The notes: generated by a model from the sequence alone, not told the origin. DNA of 64,000 nt from Neocallimastix sp. 'constans' (GCA_050613775.1 JBODTK010000132.1:62001-126000), one strand, 5' to 3'; counted from the first letter of the stretch, positions 1 to 14,827 are shown. Numbers and translations: made by a program.

Positions 1-1918
1 ATTTTTAATAAAAATATTAAACTTATGCTTTATTCATTATTTAATAATTATATTAATAAATTATTTAAATATTATTTATTAAAAATGAAGAAAAAAAAAT
101 AGATGAAAATATATTATTATTTTAATAATATTATTATTTTATTATCATTATTTTATAATTATTATTATTATAATAATTATAATAATAATAATAAAATTTC
201 AATAAAAAAATTTTAAATAAATTAAATATTATAAATAATTGACAAAATTAATTATTATACTTTGCAATTTTATTATTATTAATTAAAATTATATTTATTA
301 TAATGAATTTTTTTTTTTTTTACTAATAATTATACTTTATATAATTGAAAAATAGTAAATATTTCCATAAAATTATTGTATTATTATCATATAATATAAC
401 TGATTATATATTTTGTTACCATCATGACTATTTTTTCATTTAAGAGAGAATACAAATAAATTATTATTATTATTATTATTATTATTATAAAGGATAATTA
501 TTATTTATTATTTAATTTTATTATAATTTTATCTATTTATTTATTAATTTATTTATAAAATAAAATATTATAATAATTACAAGTTTAAATAATTTATTTA
601 TTACGTGTAGCTTCATTAAATAAAATGTTAAATTTGAACTTTAAAAATTTTTATTAATAATAATATTTATAAATAGCATTAATATTAAATAAGAAAATAA
701 ATATATATATATAAATATGAAATATATTATTTTTTATTATTATCATTTTATTATTATTATATTATTATTATATTCTATTTTATTATCATTTTATTATTAT
801 TTTATTATTATTATTTAATTGAAATTATGTTTATAATGTAAACATATTAATATAATTTACCAATAATTATATTTAATATAAATAAAAAATAGTAAAGATA
901 GTTATATATTTTATATATTCATAAAAATTATATTATTATTATTTAAAGACTATTTTTTTTTTTTTTTTTTTTTTAAATTAATTTGTCATTAAATTTATAA
1001 TGGATGACAGTTGAAATTAACTTTATTTTTAATCAATTACTAAAAAATAAATTAAAAATTATATAAAAGTAAATTTATATCATAAATAACGAATAAATGT
1101 AAAATTTATATATATAAAATAAAACTAAAATGGTATGAAATTGGAAAATTTTGATATTATTACGGTGAATTTTTTTTTTTTTTTTTATATTAATTTCAAA
1201 TCTTTCATATATTTTTTTTTATCCATATTAATTTTTTATATTTAAATTATTTTAATATTGTATATATCCTTTTTATGTATATTTACAAAAAGTATTATTA
1301 TTATTATTATTTTATTTTTTTTTTTTAAAAAAAAGAAGTTAACATAATTTGAAATTCATAATGAATTAATTACAATATAAAACTCAAAAAATAATATAAA
1401 TATTTTTTTAGTAATTATTATTGTATCATAGTATTGTAAAGTTTTTTATATTTCATTATAAAAAATATAATATTCAATTTTTTGTTAAAAATATCAATGT
1501 TTTTATAAATACTTTAAAAAAATAATAAACAAAAATTATGATTATATAAACTTTACATAAATTATACCATGTAAACTTTTAAATAATTTATTAAAAATTT
1601 TAGTAATAATATGAAGTTTATATTAAAATTATTGACCATTTATATATATGTTCAACAAATAATTAATAGTATTTAATAAAGTATTGCATGATATATTTAA
1701 TAAAAGGAGTATTTTATATTAAAAAGGATCAATTAATTTAAAATTTTCCATATTACTTTTGATATAGTTAAGTTTATTAAAGTTTAAAACATAAATTATT
1801 CACGGTTAAACTTATTTATATGTATGTAATATGGAAACATTATAATTTAAAATTATAATTAATAAACTTTATTATATTTCAAATTTTATTAATTAACATT
1901 TAACCTGAATTAATTTTA

Positions 1919-1951
<33 letters not shown>

Positions 1952-2172
1952 GTATATATATATTTTTTTTAATTGAAAATTACCCAAATCTGTAACTTAT
2001 AATATTAGAGGAATAATATGTAAATTATTCATGATATTTATTTAAAAATTATATAGAAAAAAAAATTATAAAAAGTCAAACTTTCTTTTTAAAAATTTAA
2101 TCATTAAAAATTAAAAAAAAAAAAAATAATATTAATATAACAAAACAATATATAGAAAAAAAGTAATACAAA

Positions 2173-4785
2173 ATGAAGTTCTATAATTTAATTGCGTGTG
2201 CGTTAGTTTTTTTAAATTTAGTTCTAGCTAATCCAGTTAATAGAAAATGTAAATATTATATTATCTGATAATAATTTCATTTTTTTTAATATTATAATTT
2301 TTTTTTTTACTAATATTCTTTTAATCTTATTCTCTTATCATTTTAAGGTTACGTTAAAAATAAATCAGATAAATCTACTGATAATTCTAATAATATGAAT
2401 CCATATGAAATTGAACATATCAATACTTTGGATAACTATTTATCAGAATGTACTGTTTTATTAAGAAAAAATGGTGATTTCCCAATCGGTGACACCATTA
2501 AGAAAATTCATTTATATGGTAATGGTGTTAGAAAAACTATAAAGGGTGGTACAGGTTCTGGTGATGTAAATTCTCGTTCATTCGATACTATTGAACAAGC
2601 TTTCACTAAAGCAGGTTTCGAAATTTTAACTAAAGATTTCTTAGATAAATATGATAAAGTTTATGATGAAGCTAAAGTTGAATTTAAAGATAAATTATTG
2701 AAAGAAAATCCAGATAATCCAATGGCTAACATGGGTGTTGTTATGCCTGAACCGGAATACGATCTTCCATATGATAAGGAAGGTGATCTTGCTCTATATG
2801 TTTTAGCAAGAATTTCAGGTGAAGGTAGTGATAGAAAACCTGTTAAAGGTGACGTCTATCTTACGGATACTGAAAGAAAAATGATTTTAGATTTAGCTAA
2901 AGGTTTCAAAAAGTTTATGCTTGTTTTAAATACTGGTGGTGCTGTTGATTTATCTGGTCTTGATGAAGTTGAAAATATTTTAATTTTATCTCAACTTGGT
3001 GTCAACACATCAAAAACTTTAGTCGATATCATTACTGGTAAGAAATATCCATCGGGTAAACTTACTACTACTTGGACTAAATTCGAAGACTATCCATCTA
3101 ATGATAATTTTGGAGACAATGATGATACTGATTATAAAGAAGGTGTCTATGTTGGTTATCGTTATTTCGATACATTAGATGTTGATGTCATGTATCCATT
3201 TGGTTTTGGTTTAGGTTACACCGATTTTAAATTTGATATTAAGTCTGCGAAATTGAGTGGAGAAAAGTTTGAAGTTAAAGCATCAGTTACTAATATTGGT
3301 AAATACAAGGGTAAAGAAGTTTTAGAACTTTATTTATCTAAGCCAGGTACTACTATCGATGAACCATATCAAATTTTAGTTAACTTTGCTAAATCTAAGG
3401 AATTAAGTCCAAATAAGAAAGATGATCTTAAATTAAGTTTCAAATTATCTGATTTTGCTAGTTATGACTCTAAGACTGCCACTTATTTCCTAGATAAAGG
3501 TGATTATGTCGTTCGTATTGGTAATTCTAGTAGAAATACTAAACCATGTGGTATCATTAAGGTTGATAAGAGAATTAATGTTAGAAAAGTTGAAAACAAA
3601 ATGGGTAAACCTGAATTTAAAGATCTTGTTCCAGAAAATAAAAGAAAACAAGAGGATTTAAGTAAAGTTAATGTATTCCCTCTAAAGGCCAATGCTATTA
3701 AGCAACAAGTTATTAAATATAATAATAAGAAATATGAAATTTCTGACGCTGTTAAAGCTTTATCGGATGAAGAAAAAGCTAAATTAGTTATTGGTGCTTT
3801 CCAAGATGGTCCAGCTAGCATTATTGGAGCTGCATCTATTACAGCAGCAGGAGCAGCTGGTGAAACTGCAAGAGTTGCTGATTTAAAACCAGTAGTTATG
3901 GCTGATGGTCCAGCTGGATTAAGACTTGCTAAAGATTATTTCATAGATGAGTATGGAGCTCATTCTACTGAAGGTTCTTTCCCTCCTTCCATGTTAGAAT
4001 TCTTCCCTGAAGAAACTAGAGCTTACCTTGAATCACTCTCTCCAAAGCCACCAAAGAATGCTAAGATTTATCATCAATATACTACTGCTATTCCAATTGG
4101 CACAGCAATTGCTCAAAGTTGGAACAGCAAATTTGCTGAACTTTGTGGTGATATTGTTGGAAGTGAAATGGAGATTTTCAAAATTCAATTATGGCTAGCT
4201 CCAGCTTTAAATATTCATAGAAATATCTTATGTGGTAGAAACTTTGAATATTATTCTGAAGATCCATTGATTAGTGGTGCTTTCGCTTCCTCTATAACTA
4301 AAAGTGTTCAAAAGCACAACAATACATTTGTTACTATTAAACACTTTGCTGCTAATAACCAAGAAACCAATCGTTATCTTAACAGTAGTAATGTTTCCGA
4401 AAGAGCTTTAAGAGAAATTTATTTAAAGGGCTTTGAAATTGCAATTAAGAATTCTCATCCAAAAGCTATTATGACATCTTATAATTTAATTAATGGAATT
4501 CATACTAGTGAAAGTAAAGAATTAACTTCAGATATTTTAAGAAATGAACTTGGATTCGATGGAATTGTTATGACTGATTGGGTAATGAACATGAGTGGTG
4601 ATAACAAATATCCAAATCCAACAGCTTATAAGGTTATTAAAGCTACAGGAGATATATATATGCCAGGATCTAAAGCTGATTATGAAAATATTCTTAATGC
4701 TTTAAAAGAAGGAAGTTTAAGTATGGAAGAATTAGAAATTAGTGCATCTAGAATCTATAATTTAGCTAAAGAATTTGAAAATTAA
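2173..4785 (+). CDS. Secreted glycoside hydrolase family 3 (beta-glucosidase-like), inverted domain order; exons 2173-2248 and 2348-4785 (~837 aa)
   Basis: The 796-aa ORF has GH3 motifs: GGTGSG, ARISGEGSDR (acid/base Glu), EGVYVGYRYFD, PFGFGL, Fn3 KEVLELY, ADGPAGLR, GRNFEYYSEDP, KHFAAN and VMTDW (nucleophile Asp). An upstream exon encodes the signal peptide MKFYNLIACALVFLNLVLA. It is joined in frame by a 99-nt GTAAAT..TACTAAT..TAAG intron (2249-2347). Confidence 0.93.
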
Positions 4786-6279
4786 ATAAAAAATATAATT
4801 AAAAATTTTTTTAAAGAAGAAATTTAAATATATAGAAAAACACTAAATTTAAATTATATGATTTAAAAAAAAAATTAAAAAAAGGAATCTACTAAAACTT
4901 AATATTATTATATAAATTTATAAAAAAAAAAAAAAAATGTAATTAAAAAAATGTAAAAATATATAAAAATATAAAATATATAAAATTATGTAAAATAAAT
5001 AAAAAATATGAAAGAATTAATAAAATTATGAAATATATAAATAAACAATAAATGATATATAACTTGTATTGTTTTTTATAGTTTATATAATTTAAAATAT
5101 ATATGTATAATAAAAATTAATATAAAAGACATTTTTTGAAACATTTCAATTTATTTAGTATTCTCAAACCTTAATTATTATGTTAAGAATTTTGTTTTTT
5201 TAAAATAAAACTTAATTAATAATAATTATAATATTTTTCAATATTTCATAAATTTCCTAAATATTTGATGGTGATTTATTTTTTTAATTATGAAATTAAT
5301 TTTAAAAATATTGATAATCTTAAAAATTTTCCTGTTGTCCTAATATAATTTACATAAAAGATATTAGAATAACAGGAAATCTATCTATGAACATATAAAA
5401 ATATATTAAATTTTATAAAATTAATAAAAAAAAAATTTTTTTTTATTTAATTAAAAATAGTACAACATGCAATAAATAAATATTTATCAATAATAAATAG
5501 ATAAATATTAATAAAAATAAATAAATTATTATGAAATACTCAAAATTATATATATTTTATCATATTAATAATTATTCAAGATAACTAGTAATAAATAATA
5601 AACTAATTTAGGTTAATAATATATAGAAAGATAAAATAAATACTTTTAATAAAAATAAAATAAACTTAATTATATAAATACTTTTTATTATCTAAAAATA
5701 TAAATGAATACTTCTTTTAAAATTTATATATTGAATATTGAATAAGAGTCTTTTAATTATAATAATTTTTAAAATGCAATTTATTAATATATCACATATT
5801 TAAAAAAAAATTAAACTAATGATTTTTTGTTTTAAAATATTTTTAAAAGCAATATTATAATTTACTTTTTTAATTTTTTACATATTGGAATTAATTTATT
5901 GAAAATATATATATATATTTTTTATTGCAATGTACTAATAACTGCATATAATCTTAATATAATATGTATTTCTCCTTTTATCTTAATTTACAATATATTT
6001 ATAAATTATATATACAGCATTATTTTTTATTGTTTTAATTTTGTTTATGTTTATACTAAACAAAAGAAATATATTTAGATAAAATAAAATAAATAAAAAT
6101 ATTATTATAAATTAGAATTCCATATTAAATAATTAAAATATGGTATTAATTAAGGAATTTGAGCTTTATAAAGTAATATTTATTTTTTTTTATTCATTAC
6201 TTAATATTAAAATTTTATATTACATATTTAAAAATAAAACAATTTGTGTAATATCCTAATCCTCAAAAATATTTTAAAA

Positions 6280-6529
6280 GGGAGAGTTGCATTTCCCCAA
6301 GTTGCATTTCCCCAAGTTGCTTTTCGCCAGGTTGCATTTCGACAAATAGAGTATTGATATAAATAAATGAATAAATAAATAAATATTAATTCAAAATAAT
6401 TTTTTTTAAAATTGTTTTTATTCGATATTAATAATATTTAATTTTATTTATTTATTTATTTATTTAATAATTTTCAATTTGGCGAAAAGCAACCTGGCGA
6501 AATGCAATTTGGCGAAATGCCCCACACCC
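6280..6529. mobile_element. Non-autonomous DNA transposon (MITE-like) with terminal inverted repeats built of 15-bp tandem units
   Basis: The left end is GGGAGA plus 4 x GTTGCWTTTCSMCAR (6286-6345). The right end has 3 inverted copies (6479-6523) plus ACACCC. The core is AT-rich with no ORF. The TSD could not be resolved. Confidence 0.75.
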
Positions 6530-6805
6530 AAATATTAATATTTAAAAGAATAATTACCTATATGATATAATTATGTATATAAATTTAGTTTTTTCAAAAA
6601 CAATTTAAAAATTTCTTTCTATTAATATTTATTTACTATAGATTATTGAAGAAAAATGAATCAAAAATATATATGTATTAACTAATTTTATTATATTAGC
6701 CAATTCAATATTATCATTTCTTTTAATTTTTTAAAATGATTATTTAAATTATTTGAAATATATAAATAAATTTTTTAAATATAAACAAATTATTAAAATA
6801 GTACA

Positions 6806-6840
<35 letters not shown>

Positions 6841-7777
6841 CAATAAGATATTATTTAATTTATAGATGACTATTTTAAAAATATTTATGACTCAATATAA
6901 TAAGTAAATAATGTATTTAATTTGTTTAGTTTAAACTTTTTTTATATTCATTCTTTTTTATTTATTTATTTATTTAGCAACCAAGAATAAAATGTACTAA
7001 TTAGTAAAATAATTTAGTGTTGAATATAATTAATTATTACGTAGTTATATATGTAATATATGTAATACTAATTTTTGTTTTTATATGATAAATAATAAGA
7101 AATAAATAATAAATAATAAATAATTATGTTGTAATAAAATAAATATTACTCATTTTATATGATCATAAAGATTTAATAAATATATTTAAAAAAAAATAAT
7201 AATTAATTATAAATACCATGATATATTATGTTTTATATATTATAAATTATTATAGATATATGATTTCTCAGTATTAATTATATTAGAAAATAATAATAAT
7301 AATAATAAAAGAACTTTATTTCATATAAATTTATATTTAATTTAAAAACTAATCAAAATAATTAATAAAAAAAAAAAAAAAAAAAAAAACAGATAAAAAT
7401 TATTGGTACAATATTTTTAATTTATTTTTTAATATAAAGAAAATTCCAATATGTAAAAAAGAAGAAATATATTTCGGAAAAAAAAAATATATATATTTCA
7501 TTTAAAAAATTTAAAAAATTATTTATATTTAATTCCATTAATATAATGTAAATATATAAAGGTATTTAAATAATATTAATGAAATATTTTTTTTTTTACT
7601 TTTTAATAATGATACTTATTTAATTAGAAATAATTAAAAGAATATTTTTTTAAAAATAAAAATTGCAATATTTATTTTTTTTTTTTGCATTTTATATTAA
7701 AATTATAATTATCTTTTATGAATAAACATAAAAAAAAAATAAAATAAAATAAGAAATTCGATTTAAATAAAAAATTA

Positions 7778-7812
<35 letters not shown>

Positions 7813-9148
7813 TTATAACTTATATGAATTTTAATTAATTAAAAAAAAATTATATAAATAATATAAATATTTTTTTATTAGATTATAAATTAATTAAATC
7901 AAGTTTTATTAAAAAATTTATTTTAATGAAAAATTTTTAAATTTATGATTATAAATATATATAGATTTTTTATTTTTAATTACTTAATAATAAATATACT
8001 AAATTATAATTATAAAAATAAAAATAAAGAATAATTATATAAATAAATAATAATATTTTTTATTTTAATTAAAATGTTCATTCGAATTTTTTTTTCTTTT
8101 TAATAGAAAATATATATAGTTTTACTTTTAAAGTTTTTTCTATTTTTTTCTCTTATTTTGTAATTCATTTTCTTTTAGAAATTGATGGACCATTTGTATA
8201 TCTTTTATATATAAATTTATCATTTAATTTTCTTTTAGAATTTGATGTGTTACTTGTTTTCACTTAGAAATTGTTATACCATATGTTTTTCTTTTGTAAA
8301 TTTGAATAATACATAATTTAATTATTATATAATGTTAATTTAAAAATGAATGTATTTAAATATAATATTTTGATTTTTGATCCACTTTTGATATAATTTT
8401 CAAAAAAATAAAATAAATCATTTTTTTCAATGGAAAAATTATTAAAATCTTTATTTTTCGTATTTATGAAACAACTGTTACAAGTAAATCAAAAAAAGTA
8501 TAATTAAATTTTTTAAAAAATGGAAAAAAAAAACTTTTTTAGTTCTAAAAGATAAACTTTAATAATTATAAAAATTTATGATTAATGATACATTAAAATA
8601 TTTGATATATCTGAATTTAAATATACAATTTGATACAATTTAATTTTAATTTATAATTTCATAATGTAATACTATAATTATTATATTATATTATATAATT
8701 ATTAATAATGTATTATTATATTATTATTAATCATATATTTTTAATATTTTATTTTTATGTATATTAAGAAATTAAAAATTTTAATGATCATATACTAATA
8801 TGATAATGTGTTATTAAAAGTTTTTTAAAATGAATTATTAAATAAAAATTATAATTTATGTATTATTAATAACTTTTTAAATATATATTTTATTATTGTT
8901 ATATAAATTATAATCAAATTCACTGTACTATTATTAAATAAAATAAAAATTATTGATTTCTTTTCTTCATAATTCCTATTATAATTTATATCAAAAAATT
9001 AAAATAAAAATTAAGTATAATTAATATTATTTTCTGTTTTATTTCTTTCAATTGAATAATATTCATAAATACATTTTGAATTAGTATTAATAAAATTATT
9101 TAATTATAATTTGAAAGGTTGTAAAAAAATTTATTAAATACATATATA

Positions 9149-9492
9149 TTTATGTATAAGTTTTAAAACACAAATGTGAATACATGTATATATAAAAACT
9201 TATTTTAATTGAGTTTTAAAAAGTTTTTATAAAATATATAATTGTATCTCTTAAAAAAGTACTATTAATAAATCTTTAGAGTTTAATCATATTGTTTTAA
9301 TAAACATATAATATATATATAAATATATTTATTATTTATATATCATTAAATCAATTAATTCATTGTACAAATAGACTTAAATTTAATAGTGATATCAATT
9401 ATTTAATAATAAAATTTACAATATAACTGCTATTTTCCTTATATTTTTATTCTGTATTTTAATATAGTTTTATTATATGATATTAATTATTT
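9149..9492 (+). repeat. Non-coding direct repeat, copy A (~340 bp; copy B at ~14183-14523)
   Basis: Shares blocks such as GTTTTAAAACACAAATGTGAATACATGTATATATAA, CTTTAGAGTTTAATCATATT and AAATTTAATAGTGATATCAATTATTTAATAATAAAATTTACAA with 14183-14523. Boundaries are approximate. Confidence 0.85.
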
Positions 9493-12400
9493 TGAATAGT
9501 TGTTGAAAAAAAAAACATAAATTATAAAAAGATGTAAATTTTGTTATGTTATTCTAATTGGATCAATTTCATAATAAATAAATTATAAATTGTTTGTAAA
9601 ATTTTTAAAAAGAGTTTTTTTTCTTATTATTATTATTTTTTTTTTTTTGCTTTATTGTATTTAGCATTTTTTTTATTAGTTAGGTTGTTTGAATATATAA
9701 TTATATAAAAAATAAATAATTAATTAATTATATATTTATGTATAATGAGTTAAATTCTAATTCTTTGAGAAAGAACCATTTTACAACTTATTTAAAAATA
9801 TAATAATATATTTAATTACTTATTTAGTAATAATTAATAAAAAATATCAAACTAAATATTATTTATAAATTTAGTGAATTTCTTTTTATTGCTTAACACA
9901 CAATATAAATTTTTATATTAACTTTTATTAATTAAATTAAAACTCATAGCCTTTTTTTTCCAAACTAGAAGTTCACTTTTTTTTTTACATTATTTTTTTA
10001 AATTATTTTATATAATTCATATATTTTAAAATATTAAAGTTTGACTAATAATACATCTTTAGTATTTTTTTTTTAGAATTGAATAGAATTTATTTATTAA
10101 TTTTTATTTAAAAAATACATAAAAATTGAAAAGGAATTACATGAACTTTTATATTAATATTAAAAAACAATATTATGAGCTTTATGGACGAAAGGTCATT
10201 TTCAATACAAAAATATAATAAATAAAAATTTATTATCCAAAATATTATTTTATATTCATTAGAATTTTATTATTCTTTAAGTAATTAAATAATTAATTAT
10301 TTCATTAGTAATTAAAAATTTATTATATTATTTAATTAAAAATAAGAAAGTATTTAATCTTATTAATACTTGGTATTATATTTAATCTAAACTTTTATAT
10401 TTATAATAAATTTTATTAATTAATAATTTTAATCTAAAAATAATAAATAATAAATTATAATATTATAATTGTTATTAGTAAATATAAAAAAAAAAAATAA
10501 TATCAAGTAATTATAATCATTTTGTAATAAAACGATAATTCGTTTTATATACAAAAAAATTATACTATATATGCATTTTTTATATAATATATATTCATTA
10601 ATTTGGTTTAATTATAATTAATACGATACATTATATTATTCATAATATCCTTTTTCATATAATTTCTTCTTGAATAAAAAAACATATATTTTTAAAATTT
10701 TAATTATATATTATTAATTGTATTAATATAATGTTCATAAATAAAATATAAAGTTTATAATAGTAATGAATTGATACAATATTAAGAAATTATATGAAAT
10801 AATATATAAATTAAGTATTATTTTTTTTTAATACTTAATGATAATTATTTAATTTTTTTTATAATACTTATTGATAATTATTTTATTAAGATTATTAATG
10901 GACATTTTTCAAAAAAAATATTAATATTTACTTTTTTATATTTTATATTAAATTATTAATCAATCAAATTTTATATAAATATAAACAATACAAAATATTA
11001 TAATTTTATATATTCAAAACTAAAACTAAAAAAAAAAAAAATATAATAATAATAAATATATAAATACGTAATTAATTTTTGGTTAAAATTTTAATAGATT
11101 ATTAATTTTTATTGGAAAAATAATTTATAATATCAAATTTTGTTTCAAACATAATTTAATCAGATACGTAATATTAATAATAGCAATTAATAATACTGGT
11201 TTATAATAAAAATAAATAAATAATAATAATAATAATATTAAACATTTAATCAATAACTTATATTTTTTTATATTATTTAAAATGTTTGTTTTGTATATTT
11301 TTTTTTTATTTTATTGATATTCATATAATTTTTTTTTTCTTTTAAATAAACTTTTCTTTATTTTGTGATTTTTTTTTTCTTTTAGAAATTGATATACTAT
11401 TTTTTTCTTTTGAAAAATTGAATATATAAATTAATATTATATATTATCAATATAAAAAAATATATATATATATTAATAATTAATATTTTGATTTTTAGTC
11501 CACTTAAGATGTTTAAAATTTTAGAATATTCTATATTTTTAAAAAGAAAATAAATTAATTTTTTTTATATATTTGATCTATTAATAAAAAAAAAAAAAAA
11601 AATGGAATATTTATTTTATGAAACAATAATTATAATTTAAAGTTTGAATTTTATGTAAATTTTACATGAAATATACTATTCATTTTATTATTGGATCTAT
11701 TTTTTTATAATATTTAATATAATAAACTTTTTAATAAATGATTACATTTTCCAAAATATCTAAATATAACATTTATTAATATTTTCATATATATACTACA
11801 TCTTATTTTTATGTAAAAGTTCTAAAATTTAAATTTTTTATTGTAATTTTTATTTAATATTATTTTATTATTCATTTTTTTTTGTTTTTTATTAATATAT
11901 TTTACAATCAATTTTAAGAATTAAATTTAATAATGTCTGTATTTTAAGGATTTATAGTAATTATAATTACAATAAGGTATTATTATTTCATGGTTTTAAA
12001 TATATTTATATTTTTATAACTGATTGTATATAATTGTATATATATTTTTTATCCATTTATATAGATTTTTCCATTAAATAAGTCATTCCTGTTATAGTTT
12101 TATTATTTTCATTTTTCATTTTTATAAAAAAAAAACTTGAAAATGATACAAATTAAAATAATATTTTTCAGAGTTCCATGTTGTAGTGTAATTTCATATT
12201 TAACTTGATTTAATATCAGTGAAATTTATAGATTTATGCTTGATTTTTCTTATATAATTACTAATTTATCTATATATAATATTTATATTTATTAATAAAA
12301 AAAAGCTTATAAATTTTAAGAATAATAAAATTTATAAATTGAAATTATTATTTTTTTAATTAATTTAATTATTAATTTATGTTTAAATGTATTTTTTAAT

Positions 12401-12587
12401 ATATAGAAAATTCCAATATTATTTCCAATAAAAAAAAAAAATAAATATAAAAATAAATAATTTATGGTTAATATATTCAATATATTTTATATATATATTT
12501 TTATTTTAATTAAAATATTCTCTTTGAATTTTTTAATAGAAAATTGTATTTTTTTCTTTAAAATTTTTTTTGTATTGTTTTTTGTAT

Positions 12588-12626
<39 letters not shown>

Positions 12627-14034
12627 TTATTTTATTTCTTTTCTTTTAAAATATAAATACCTCTTGTTTTACTTTTATAATATTAGATAATAAGTGAATT
12701 TAATATCAATTTAAAAAATGATATATATATATAATATTTAATATTCAAAATTTACAATCAATTTTTGATTTATTTTTTAAAAAAATAAAAAAAAATTTTA
12801 GAATATACATCTTTTTATAAATATGAAATCATTGCTAGACCTTTGGAAATCTAACAAAAAATATAATTTTTAATTTTAAAAAAAATTTTTTTTATTCTTA
12901 TTTGAATAGATTAACTTTAATAATTATAAAAATTATTATTAATTTTATATTACATGAATTCAATAATAATTTATTAAAAAAAATTTCAAGTTTTTTCCTT
13001 TGATTATCATTTTAATTTTTACTATATTTGTTAAATTTATATCATTATTTTTTATTTTATATTTTAAAAAATATATATATATATATATTTTTGTTAAATT
13101 TATTAAAAATGTCTCATTATATATATATAGAGCTAAATTTATTTAAAATAGAAATTTATTCAATAGAATATGAATCTAATATAAAAAAATAAAAAAAAAA
13201 AAAAAAAAAAAGAAATAAATAATTAATAGATAATCAATATTTATTATTTTTAAATATATATTATTTTTTATACTAAATAAATATTATTTAAATAAATACA
13301 TGTAAATTAAAACATGAATAATTATTATATAATTTATTATATTTATTATATTTAATTAATGTCCTGTTTATTATACAATTTTTTTTTATTTAATAAACTT
13401 TATAAAATAGTATTTTAAAAGAAGCATTAAAGGAATAAAGAATCTATTCTTAGAATACTAAGAATTAAAGAATTATAGAAAAGTAATGTTTATTAATACT
13501 TTTTAATTTATATTATATTCGAAGGATTTTGAATAAATCATTATAAATATGTTTTAATTAATTTTTTTTTTTTTTTTGATTTCTTTTTATTATTACAACA
13601 TTTTTTATTATTAATATTGTTTTAATAGTAATATTAAAAACTGAATATTAATATCAAACTTTTTAATTAATAATATATTTTATTTAAATAATATACTAAC
13701 ATATATTGTATTATTAGGATTCATTATAATTAATTAGGATTGTTATAAGATATAATATATTTCATTAATATAAATATTTTTGAAATTGATTGCTTATATA
13801 TTTTATCCATTTATTGGTTTTTTTTTATCAATAAGTTATTCTTATTATAGTTATATTATTTTCATTTTTCATTTTATTTTAAAAAAAAAAATTTGAAAAT
13901 GAAACAAGTTAAAATAGAATTGATTTTAAAATTTATATTAATTATAAATGTTTGTGTTGGAATTTAAATATATAATTTCTAATTTATAGTTATACACTTA
14001 TATAATTTATTAATTAGGTATTATTAATATTATT

Positions 14035-14080
<46 letters not shown>

Positions 14081-14182
14081 TTTGTATTTAGTAAATATTA
14101 AAAAATAATATTCGTAAAAAAAAAATTATAATTTGAAAAATTTTATTATAATGATCTATGGGCTTCATATAAAATACATGCA

Positions 14183-14523
14183 TTTATGTATGAGTTTTAA
14201 AACACAAATGTGAATACATGTATATATAATACTTATTTTAATTGAGCTTTAAAAAGTTTATAGTAAATATAATTGTATCTTTTAAAAAAAAAGTACTATA
14301 AAAAATTCTTTAGAGTTTAATCATATTATTTTTATATACATACAATATATATATATATATATATTTATAATTTACATTAAATAAATTAACTCACTGCAAA
14401 AATAAACATAAATTTAATAGTGATATCAATTATTTAATAATAAAATTTACAACATAATTGCTATTTTCTTTATACTTTTATTCTATATTTTAATATATTC
14501 TTATTATATTATATTAATTATTT
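14183..14523 (+). repeat. Non-coding direct repeat, copy B, ~300 bp upstream of the CAP gene
   Basis: Colinear match to 9149-9492 with scattered substitutions and indels. Confidence 0.85.
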
Positions 14524-14827
14524 TAGCTTTTATTATTTATATTATTATACTGATATTTGTCTTTAATTTAATTATTAATTTTTAATTATTTATATATACA
14601 TACTTGATAATAATATAGAATTTCTATTAGAGTAAATAAAAACAAAAAAAAATATAAATAGAAGTAAAGCGAATATAAGTTTTAAAAATCAAAAAAAAAA
14701 AAATTTAAAAAAAACAAAAAAAATATAAAAATAAAAATAAAAATATTAAAAATAAAAAATAAAAAATAAAAAGGAATAATAATACTAATAATAATTATAA
14801 TAATAATTATAATATTAATAATAAAAA

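Noticed and set aside
3504..3821. Antisense ORFs within the GH3, CAP, esterase, WW and 55-57 kb genes
   Set aside because: Fully explained as shadows of the genuine coding strand.
12464..12649. Hydrophobic 61-aa ORF (similarly 37804-37992, 38304-38495, 40848-41072, 42529-42726, 62911-63173)
   Set aside because: Translations of poly-T or TTATTTA satellites, with no coding-like composition.
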